Assembly: GCA_030141605.1 (NCBI GenBank)
Contig: JAQGDQ010000181.1
Span: 124,001-188,000 of the forward strand
Length of the DNA stretch: 64,000 bases
Source: Tubiluchus corallicola
Lineage: Eukaryota; Animalia; Priapulida
Reading direction: 5' to 3'
Both the position numbers and the translations under genes were made by a program. Below the pieces are notes generated by a model that worked only from the letters and a program-made list of their open reading frames with translations, was not told the origin of the DNA and did not search any database. This document shows, in pieces, positions 36,110 through 47,000 of this stretch (positions are counted from its first letter, which is position 1; the number at the start of each line of letters is the position of its first letter).

Positions 36110-38281
36110 TCACATACATTACATAACATGACACAAGCACAGTTTAAAAGCATCCACACTTGTACAAGCATAATTAATTATTATTAAACTGGTTACTTGC
36201 AAAAAAACTGACATCAAACATTTAATAAAAACTCTTAACTCATCTTATTTATTAATTATAGACTTGGCAAGCTAACGGAAAAATACAACATGATAAAAGC
36301 AAACCGAAATCGCAAAATATCGGCCTCTTGAACAGCTGGTTGCTGCCAAATTCTACAATAAGTCAGCAACAGTTTGTAACATTTCTATACAGTGCATCTG
36401 TGCGTATCTAGAAGCGGGGTGCTGTACACTACACATAAATAGTAAATATAGGCATAAGTAATTTTAAATAAAAACCACGAGGGTATGTAAATTAAATTAG
36501 TACACGTATATCTTACATTCATACATAATTATTTTACATTCAAACACAATTACAAGAGACAGCACACACTAACTTCAAACAGGACATAATGGCAATAAAG
36601 CACAAAAAACTACAGAAACATTCAAATGTAATGTGAGTGTGCCAAAATTCAGTAATCCTGCAAACTTACAACGCAGAACTCTTACAAAAAGTACTGCAAC
36701 CAATTTAACTACAATGTAAGTAACCCTAGCAAATGGGGCCTATTATCTTACATGGCACTTCTCAATGCATACAACTATGCACTTTACAAAAAATTATAAT
36801 ACCAACTTATAAACACTTGGTAAAATGAGGAATTCAAAATCTAAAGTTTGCAAACCTGAGGCGAAGGACTGAGTGCATGCACCCAAATTCATTCAGAAAT
36901 AAATAATAAACTGTGAAAGATTGTTTACATTTGTGTACATGCTATCCTCGTTTATCTCGTTAAGACTAAGACTGACCTTTTTGACAAATTCCAAAAGAAT
37001 AATTGCCTTGTTTAAATTTTGCTGTTTTGAGCCATTACAAATTTAAGCAAGGCAATTTTTTATTGCTCTAGAAATTCACAGTCTACAGTATCATAACAAT
37101 ACCACTTCAAATTATGCTTTTTAAATGCTTTACACAACTATTTTGTGAAGCACAGATAACAATCCCTCAAATCAACATTTGCAAGTTTTAACAAAATATT
37201 AAAACTTTGAAATGACCCATGAATCGACAAGCGCCAGCATCTTTAATGATACCTACCTCATCTTTTTACTATCATTATCAACAATTCCTTGTAATGCAAA
37301 TATTACTATTACAGGTTAACAGTTATTTAAAATGTTACATTATAACTTATACATACAGTTAGACACCTAGGTGTAATTTACACAAGTATAATTGTAATTT
37401 ATACATATAAAGAAGTTTAAATTACACATACAATACTGTACTTCTAGTGAAGCGCAGCTTGGCTTAATAGATATGCAAACTCATTGATAGTATAGCACTA
37501 TCAAATTTGCATTGTATATATTACAGCAGCAACAATTAAAATAAACAAATTTGTTTTTATAAATCGACTTTCTCTGACAAACAGTACTATGCAAGGTCTA
37601 AAATTATCAATATTATATTACAGAAGAACAGAAAAGTAGCTAACTATCTAGATATCACATATTAGCATTCTATAACTACAGTACAGGTTTTGTGTATATA
37701 CCAGTGCTAAGCTATAAAATAAGTTTTTTATTATATCACAATTTCAGGCTTGGCAATCAATACGGAGGACATCCACATTAATATTGCCAATTTGCGGCAA
37801 ATAAAAGTTTGATGCACAAGGCTTTATGGTACTACTTCAATTGACATTCACACAATGAGTAATAGATATCATTTATTCATCGGGAAATGTAAATTAACAA
37901 TGAAGATTGTCTAGCATGGCTACGTGCAGTACAAATCCTTCTAGAAATGCTCTGAATTAAAAAACGTAGTATTTTTGGAAACTCAATGTCAAACTGTCAC
38001 AAAAAACTGTTCTTGTAAAGACTTGTACGAGATACAGATCTTGTAGTTACATTTTGCTACAACTAAGAACAATAGCCTAAATCAGACCTAAGATATGTAT
38101 ATAATGACACTCTATATATTGTATAGATCTACAAAACAATACTGCTACATTTTGAACTGTGCAATTTGCTACCTCAAGCATTTGAAATTCTGGCAGTCAC
38201 AAACCTCAAGCATGTTTTATTTTTCATTATTTTTTGCCAATAAGCACATCTATTTTCAAGCAAAATTTCTCTGCAAACAAA

Positions 38282-39481
38282 TTATAACGTGTCCTCCTCC
38301 TTATCACTAGTAGATTCGTCAAAACAATAATCCCTGTTTTCTGGAAGTCGACAAATGCTCCACTTAAAGGCAATTATTCGTTTCTTGGGAAATTTGGTCC
38401 AAACTGACTCAGCGATTTTTGGTAAGTGTGCTTTCTTCTTCTTCAGCTTTTTAGTCACCTTACCAGACTTTTCCATCAAAGACTCCAGTGTTGCTGTAGT
38501 GGTGTCTTCTAAACTAACAGACAACGGAGCAGTATCATCACAAGGTTTGTTCTCCGTACCATCAGTAAGGTCCTTCGCTTCATAAATAGTCGGCAGCGAT
38601 TTGCAGCGACGCGAACTGGGTCGTAACTGATGACTAGTACGAGGAGACAGACGCCAGATAATGTGAATTTTTGGCACTTTGCACGGTTGTAGATAGTATA
38701 CTTCTAAAACATCTACAAGCATGCTACGGCAGTGCACCAACTCACAATCATCAATCTTACAGAATGTCTGCAAAGCTAAAATGGTCGAAATCCAGGAGTT
38801 TAGAGACGGATCTCTAGCTAAAATATCTTCCAGTTCACAGCTCAGCACCGACAAAGCCACCACTGACGATCGAAAACGAGTGAACTCGTAATGGCAAAGA
38901 GCCACTTCAACTTTTGACAGCAGCCTTGATATGGGGACTGTGTCAAAGTCAACGGCGTGACTCTCTATGCATATGTTGTAGAACAAGCTTATAAATCTGA
39001 CGACAGTTGCTGCCTTCATATGCTGCTTCAGCTTCTGCCGAATGATACACTCCATACGGACAACATCCGAAACTGTACACCCGGATTGGGTCAAGTTGAT
39101 TACCTCCGTGGCACTCGGCATTTCTTGTTCGTCCTGCAGAGTTTGCAAAGCAATCAAATAACACGTGATTGTGATACACGTCATGTGCTTCGGTAGTGCC
39201 TTAACTTTTGCTAAGAACTGGTCAACGAGGTTTACCGCCAACGCAAATGTTTCGGAGTGAAACCCGTAAAATGTGTTGAGATAGCGTAATCCAGTGATGG
39301 CGGCGTCGCGTAAACTTGGTGTTACGACTTTATCATCATCTGCTGACGGTGTTTGCAAAACAGAACAGAACAGCGCTTCTCTGCAGAGAGCTTGACCCAA
39401 ATCGTTCCATGCTTCTCTTAACAAACTTTGTTCTACAGCCGAATCTTTAACTGGTCTTCCTTCCATCTTTTTTAATATCAT
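38282..39481 (-). CDS. CCNG: Cyclin G (G1/G2-like), single coding exon, 399 aa
   Basis: Cyclin box FYGFHSETFALAVNLVDQFLAKVKALPKHMTCI, SDVVRMECII, and the cyclin G-specific C-terminal WRLSPRTSHQLRPS...LPTIYE. Confidence 0.92.
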   Translation of the reverse strand: MILKKMEGRPVKDSAVEQSLLREAWNDLGQALCREALFCSVLQTPSADDDKVVTPSLRDAAITGLRYLNTFYGFHSETFALAVNLVDQFLAKVKALPKHMTCITITCYLIALQTLQDEQEMPSATEVINLTQSGCTVSDVVRMECIIRQKLKQHMKAATVVRFISLFYNICIESHAVDFDTVPISRLLSKVEVALCHYEFTRFRSSVVALSVLSCELEDILARDPSLNSWISTILALQTFCKIDDCELVHCRSMLVDVLEVYYLQPCKVPKIHIIWRLSPRTSHQLRPSSRRCKSLPTIYEAKDLTDGTENKPCDDTAPLSVSLEDTTTATLESLMEKSGKVTKKLKKKKAHLPKIAESVWTKFPKKRIIAFKWSICRLPENRDYCFDESTSDKEEDTL

Positions 39482-41097
39482 GGTACAATTTCCTACGACA
39501 CTGCTCCAAACGCGAAATCTGACATACCTATCATTTCTGACAGTCTATGCCGAACTATCGAAATCTGGAACCACTGATAAGTGCATTTTAATTATTAACT
39601 GGCCACTTACTGGCCACAAATCATTGTTCACTCCCTTACTACACCCACATTTTACTAGATGTTTTCAGCTTTGGAATAAAATAAATAAAACAATGTCCAT
39701 CTACCACTGCTGCCCAGGCTGATGGAGCAGGAATTGCCTCCAAATTGACCAGCAGCACCATCGCTTACAGCTCTTTCCAGTACTCTCAGCTGTAAGTCAG
39801 TACGTGTGTAACCGATAAACTCAAGCAAAATGGAAGCTTGTAAAGAGAAGTTATCAAAACAAAAACCTACAAGAAAAAAGAAAAATACGTGTAATGATAC
39901 TATGTTACTAGCTCTAAAAAAGTACACTGTTAAAACACTGTTCATAAACAAAACTTAAAAAACTTGTTTTGAGATTTTACATTGCTTACTAATTGACTAC
40001 TTACTACCTGATTGCATACAGACCTTGAGTTAGCTGTAATGCTGTATAAGTCGTTGTAAAGGTTTAGATAACATTGCCTAAAGTGTGAAAAATAATCACA
40101 GCATTCGTAGCACACTCCTTGTTAACCAAGCAAAAGTATAAATTACTTTATATTGTCAATAAGATCAATAACGTGTTTTCTGATCAATAATAAAATGCTT
40201 AACCGCTGTCTTTTGACGGTAACGATAACAGTAATTTTGGTGAGTTAGTAGTGCACACTGGTGTGGTGATACAGTGGTGCTTTGCCAGTTGGTGCAAACA
40301 TTTTAAATTATTAGCAATTTTCTTTTCTTTTCCGCTTACACAAGTCTTTCAAACAGGTAAGCATAATGCTAAGTAATGTTTTTTTTTTGAGATATGCTTG
40401 AAAATTTCCTCTTCCTCCGATTTAAGTCTGTCCTCATCAAAGTACTTGTAATGGAATTTAACAAAGAAAAACATACAGCATTACGACAATGCTCAACATT
40501 AATTTTTCTTACTGTATAAAGTTTATGTGGCGCACTTGCAATTTAAGTGTTTTTCGCAAATGAGCATCTAGTATTATAGGCAGTTGTGACATGAAAAACC
40601 CTATAAGTATAATGGATTTTGGCGCAATTTGTGCATTATTCCATTAATTTGCAGAATATTACTAAGCAGCAAGATACCTTATTACATACGACGAAAATAT
40701 CAAATTTTAGTTGTTCCAGCTCTATCGTCTATGTTACACATGGCTTATTCATTTATTGTAAGGAAATTCAGTCCTTTATTTTAGTTTTATGTCTGGACAA
40801 CAGACAAATCAATCCCATAACACTACACAGTTTATCAATGGTAAGATTAGTTAAACGATTGAGTAAATTAAGCAATAAAACGACGGATCGCTTACTATCA
40901 TAATTCTATAATGATAACCATTGAAAGCCCATAACTACCGCTGGATTTCAGGTGACCCCATTTTCAAAATTTTGAAAATTCCTAAGATCAATAAAACAGT
41001 GCAACGCGCTTACTTAAACATAAGCAGCTGCTAAGGGAATTAGCAGTTAAAGATGTAGATCTAAGTTAAAAAATCAAGCAGTGAGATAAACACTAAC

Positions 41098-41390
41098 CTT
41101 TTCCTTTAATAAGGAAGAAGTCGGTTATCCTTCAAACATCATTGTCATGACGACATAAAATTTATTTTCGTCAGCTTCACAGTTGTAGCCAAACAAAGCA
41201 GCTGAAGTTGAAAATGCTTTAGTTAGTGGAAGAAGTGACCACCAGTTAGCGCACGTGCAATAGGTATGAGCCACAGATACGACACAGTTCACTGTGTCAA
41301 TAGCTCAGCTCGAGTTGGCGAATACGCTGCAACACTTACAACTCGCAGTATCTTTAGTTGTGATTGCTTCTCTTGTTTTGTCAGTAACCA
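41098..41390 (-). other. Probable non-coding first exon of cyclin G (5'UTR intron 39867-41097)
   Basis: Donor AAG|GTTAGT at 41098/41097 and a very strong acceptor tttttctttttttcttgtag at 39867. The TSS position is approximate. Confidence 0.55.
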
Positions 41391-41454
41391 AGGCTTTCTA
41401 CATAAGAGGCTTTCTCCTCTTTGCCAATCATATTAGGCACATCTGTAAGGAGCG

Positions 41455-41578
41455 GAGTAGGACACTAGCCGAAGTTGGACAATTGACGTGCATGGCTAGC
41501 CCAAGTAGGACGCGTCGTACATGGGCTAGCCCAAGTAGGATGTGTCCTACATGGGCTGCCCAAGTAGGACACTAGAGA
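41455..41578. repeat. Tandem repeat of about 30 bp (3 copies plus a partial) upstream of cyclin G
   Basis: CATGG(G)CTAGCCCAAGTAGGA... at 41491, 41520 and 41550. Confidence 0.85.
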
Positions 41579-43946
41579 CAGGTCACGAATGGAGTAGTTA
41601 ACCATACTGGCAGCGTCCATTGTCCTTGTTTATTTAGTAATAATAATTGAAAACGCCAATACACGTTCAATAATTTATTATACATCTGCTAAAATCTTAT
41701 TGTGAGCTAGGAGAATGGCCAATAAATTTGGCTTCGATATTAACCTTCTTGAAGTGAAATAAGCCTGCTTTTTATACGATTCAAACATTTGCTTAAGGTA
41801 CAATTTTTTTATTTTGTCTCGCTTCACAGACAGGCGATCTGTTTCACTACTTCTTGGGCAAATAATTGTTTTCTACTAAGTAAACGGGCTAGCGAGCTAT
41901 GTTATGATGATATTAATGCAGCTAATAATAACGATGATATTATTGTAAAAAATACATTTGTAAATTGTCAAGGACTATCGTATATAATAATTTCGCTGGT
42001 ATATATGGGTTTATTTATAACCAACGAGCTACAGCTCCGACAACGGCACCATTTTCAACGATCTGTATGTCAAATGAACGGTCTCCGCCTAAGGGTTTGC
42101 ACCTGAGGGTTTATCTTTCGAATCGGACCCACCGGGAGGAACGAGGGCCGAAAAATCTCCAAAAATGACCGAGTTAATTAGATGTTCCATTTTTGGCAAT
42201 TTTCGCTTGGAAAACTGCTGACGCAAAGCAATTGTTGTGACGTCATCCATTATACTCTGTCTATAACCTTATACCTTTAATCCATTAAAAGCTGCTGCTG
42301 CTGGCTTGGCGGTAAATAAAAGAACACTAGGTAGGATGTTCGCGCATTGTTGATTATGAGTGGATTTATACGCAAAATGTTTTCCTGGGCTTTTGCTAGT
42401 TCATGTACAATATGTACGACACTGCTTTTCCGCAAATGTCCTACGGCTAGCAATTAAATATCGGCCTACGCCTTATGATGCATTACCATTAAAATGACTA
42501 ATCAGAACATGGTTATCAATTAACGTTAATTTGCCATTATCTGTTCACATGCGTGCGGGCATGCGTGCATGTGTGTGTATGTATGTATTTACGCATGCAT
42601 GAATGTATGTATGTATGTATGTGTACATGTTAATCCAAATGCGACAAGGCTCCACCATGTGAATATGTTGCTGATTAGGGGCCATCCATATAATAGGCCT
42701 ACAACCTTAAAATTATAAAGGCATTTATGGCACATGCCCCACCACCTATCTACCCCTTGTATTGATATCAATATCACACCTATTTAGATTTTTGTACATC
42801 TTAGTCTTCCTCCTCCCAAGGACAAGCAACACCATCACTTGTGTTAATTAACGGGAAACCAACAAAGTATTCTCCCGGTGGTGGCAGCCCCAATTCACTG
42901 AACTCGTTGTCATTGACCATTCTGCAGATTCTTTCTCCTCACAGCCGATTACAGTCAACCATTCCTTGTTGAAGATGAAAAAAGCATGAAGTCAGATAAC
43001 AATATCATGACTAAATCACCTACCTATCTTGCATTATAATGGCATCATCATGTCACCTGTTACCCTAAATTCATGCCATTAATATGTGGATGATCCCTTA
43101 TCAAGTGGGACTTGTTTCAGCCAAGCTACATAGCGAGAATATGAACTATACTACAATAACTTGATTTTTGTGAATTCCAAGTACGTGTAAGTATTACCTC
43201 ACTTGCATAAAGTGATACGGATAAGCTTATTGCATATGTTACTGCACTGTTCTATGGAGCACCGTGTATCACGATCAGTAACAAAAACTGTTCTGTACAT
43301 TATAGCATGTGTCAAATTAAGTACTTGGCCAAAAACGAAAAAATGCATAACTAAACAACAGAACATGATGAGCTACCTGACTTTTTTTACACACAATAAT
43401 GTTCATATCATAAGTACGGGCTAAAAAATAGTATATTGTTAACACACATTATAGAACAATATAACTTAACAGAGGAAATTAAGCTGACGTATCTTATGTT
43501 CTATACATCCGTATTGTGCATATAAAATTCTTTACTAAATATATATATATCACACGTGAAAGCTAAACTATTAACAAAATAAAACTATGTGTATATTTAG
43601 TAACAAGAGATCCAGAAGCTTCAGAAAAAGCCATTCCCTTTATTTCATTTTATCACTTAGAATTACACATGGTAGCTGCTTATGTTGATACCAGTTATTC
43701 ACAAAGTTGTACTAACAATTATCTCAATTTACAAATTATTAGGTTGACTTGCACAAGAGTATCAAAAACTACAAATGTATCAAAATCTGATGTTGCTAAC
43801 AATTGTTACATCTCTAACAAAGTTCTAAAAAAACAAAAGAAAACTCATCGAAACTGAATAAGAATGTTTATGCAGATAAGTGGCTAAATTTGTTGTAGAA
43901 AATTGAGCAATGAGGCTTGTATGTGTATAATAATGCACACAGCTAT

Positions 43947-44047
43947 TTATTTATACACAGAAGTGAGGTACTCTCTCATCTCCTCGTTTTCTGCTAAGTC
44001 TAAAGGACTAAGGCCACAAACTGTTTTTTCTTCTAGTAATCGTCTTC
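43947..44047 (-). CDS. SLF1: SLF1 terminal exon
   Basis: GRRLLEEKTVCGLSPLDLAENEEMREYLTSVYK*. Confidence 0.82.
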
Positions 44048-47000
44048 CTACAAAATAGTTGTAATTGTCATCACTCATTTTATTACTGCTGCATTAGGAT
44101 TCAACCAAAAAATGTTAAATAAAATAATTCTGTAATATGGGCTATTGTCAACAAAAGAAAGTTAACTTGCATATCATGAGACCTAGGCAATATTAAAAAT
44201 TCTTATGCACACAAATAAACAACAACTACATTTGTAAGTAATGCCAGTCTTTTGTAACTTTAATAGACAAAATGGATCCATTCAATAGGCATGGAATAGA
44301 GAGTTAACAAAAATTAAGTTTCTATCTGCCATGAGAACATTGCCAAAACTATTATCGTGTTTTGCTATGATGCATAAGAGTAGGGGGCAATTGTCAAAAA
44401 TCTGGTACCAAATGTTAATTTACCATACTGTGTGGAATCATATTTCTTGGGTTTTAAATTTTCTAAAACATTTGGTGAATAGTGTTTTTTCAAAGTCATT
44501 TAAGGCCACTTCATGAATTTGCACTGAAAACTGGTACTTGAGCTATTTCTGTCATTGTTTTTCTGAAATTCTTCTAGCGAAGCCCCACGAAACTGAAAAT
44601 CATCAAAACACAAACATTCTACTCACAGTTTGCCTACTCTTTTTCTGTCTTTAACGATGGTAATAGGCCGAAAGAAATGCAGTAGAATAGTGGGTGATAA
44701 CAATACCTGGAAGAGCCGCACAATTTTTGAAAGGCAAAGGAAATGGGTGTTCCATACAGTGTACGGCACTAGGGATTGAAAAAAGCCTTCGATGTACACC
44801 TCTCCTATTTCGTACTGAATGGTGAACATCTTCCAAGAGTGTGCACACATTTTCCAAGGACAGCACTTTTTAAAATTGATTTTTTTCTGGAGGCTGTTTG
44901 TTTTCTGGACAATATGAATCGGCGGATGGGAGAAAACACAGACTGCAGGAAACCTGAGGCCTCCAGGCCCAGGAAGACCAAGATTCTCTAGTACACCCTC
45001 CATCAAATGGGCTATCCGACCATTATCAGCTCACTCACCAACAGACCAACACTTCCTGGTTCTCTCAAACTATAAGGAGTGCGAAAATCAAAAACGACGT
45101 CAATTTTGGCATTTTTTGACCCACATTACTCCAGGTGGTCCTGATTCAACAAAAAAAACATTAATGAGAAGGTACTAGAGCAAGACCTTTCATATGCCAT
45201 GCTCCAGTTCTCCATACTCATGTTCACTATACCAAACTTGTATCTACTATTGAGCCACAGTACTCAACTAATATTTTTCAGCAGACCACTAAATATAACG
45301 CTATAAAACTTTGGTTGAACATCCCAGATGAATTTAAAATGTTTAATTTAAGTAAGTTTAAAAAAATCAGTTAAACAAATTTTGTTTGATCATTATTCAC
45401 AATCTAATGAGTAAACGTTTTCTTGATGTAGCTGTTTTAAGAATTATTGTTAGTACAATATTATTGTGTTAAGAGCATTTCAATTGTTCAAGTATTTCCT
45501 TAGAATGATGTGGTAGTTGTTCCCTAAAATTTCACAAGTTTCCCAAAATTGACAATTTTGTTTTTTCAATTGAATTTATATAGTTACAGAATCATGTTAA
45601 CAGTCATGGTGTCCACTTGTACGAGGAAGACTAGAAAGCACTTGCTCATTCTTCCTCCTAACGGCAACTTTCTTATTATTGTTATTGTATTATTATGTCG
45701 TTCCATTTGTTGTTGAAAAATAAATTTATTCTATTGTGTTCTCTTCTATATGATATATAAATAGCTGAGAATACCGACATTGGGGCTATAGAACAAAATA
45801 TGCTCATGAACTGACTAACAATGGTTACAGAATGAACGTTACCTTTAATAACCCTCAATGACCTTGAAAAATGTCCACCAAACATTTCTATGATCCTTGT
45901 ATTCTAAGGATCACAGGCATATAAACATTCGGTGCCAGATGTGAAGGTTTGTAGTACATTTGCATCTGCACTATAACCAGTGCCTATTTCAACCTAAGCA
46001 AGGCCCGGGGAAGTGGGGCGTGTGAGGCCCCTTGGGGGGGGGGTCGGTCACCATCATGGTTGGCGCCCAGAAAATTTTTGAACTGCTAGAACGCCGGAGA
46101 AGCATTTTCGAAGAAAAAATATGGAGTTATACAGTTGTTAAAGGAAAGAACAATTGAAAGAAAAACTGCTTTATTCTCAAGACCAGTCCTTAATACTTGT
46201 CAAATAGTCAAATCACCTCGGCGTAAGGCCCCCTGGAGGGTGAGGCCCCGGGGAAGTATCCCCACTTCCCCCCCCCTGAAATAGGCCCTGACTATAACTG
46301 TGCAAAATCAGTTTGTCTAACTGATTGCACAATTGTGCTATATTTTATGTGTGTGGGTACATTCCATGCAAAAAAACTGTGGCCTTCTAACTTAATAAGT
46401 TGCATAACAGCAACTGGATGACTCTAATGAAATGTCAGAGAAAAACTTTGCACTCACCTCCGTGTTGTAGCAACAGTTTAACAACATTTAAATGATTATT
46501 CTGAACTGCATCGTGGAGAGGTGTAATTCCTTTGTCAGCTTTTGCCACAATATCTACAACGTCGCCACCTATAGGTAATTTGATTTTGCTAATCAGTGCA
46601 AACATCATTTAAATGTGACAGTCACATGTATTAGAAATTTCTTCCCCTTAAAAAGCAAGTTAAATGTATCTTATCATAAAATGCTCCTAATTTCTCAGTT
46701 ATATATTTATATCTTCCCCTACAAGGTAAACAGCCAAGATTAATGAATGATACGCTCAGAGCCAGCTAGTGTGAAAACCCACCATATGAAAAGGATGAAC
46801 TTTAACCAACAAAAAAAAACCAAGAGGTGGTCAGCGACTGAAGAATCTCGATATAATGCAAAAAAGATTTAAGAAATACAACTCTAGATTTGAGGGACCG
46901 TGCATTGTAGACAACAGCGCCTTGAAGTCAACAAGTATGACGTGCCAAAGGGCACAGCAACAAGGACCTACATAAATGTGCTCGCCAATCAACTCAGCCA

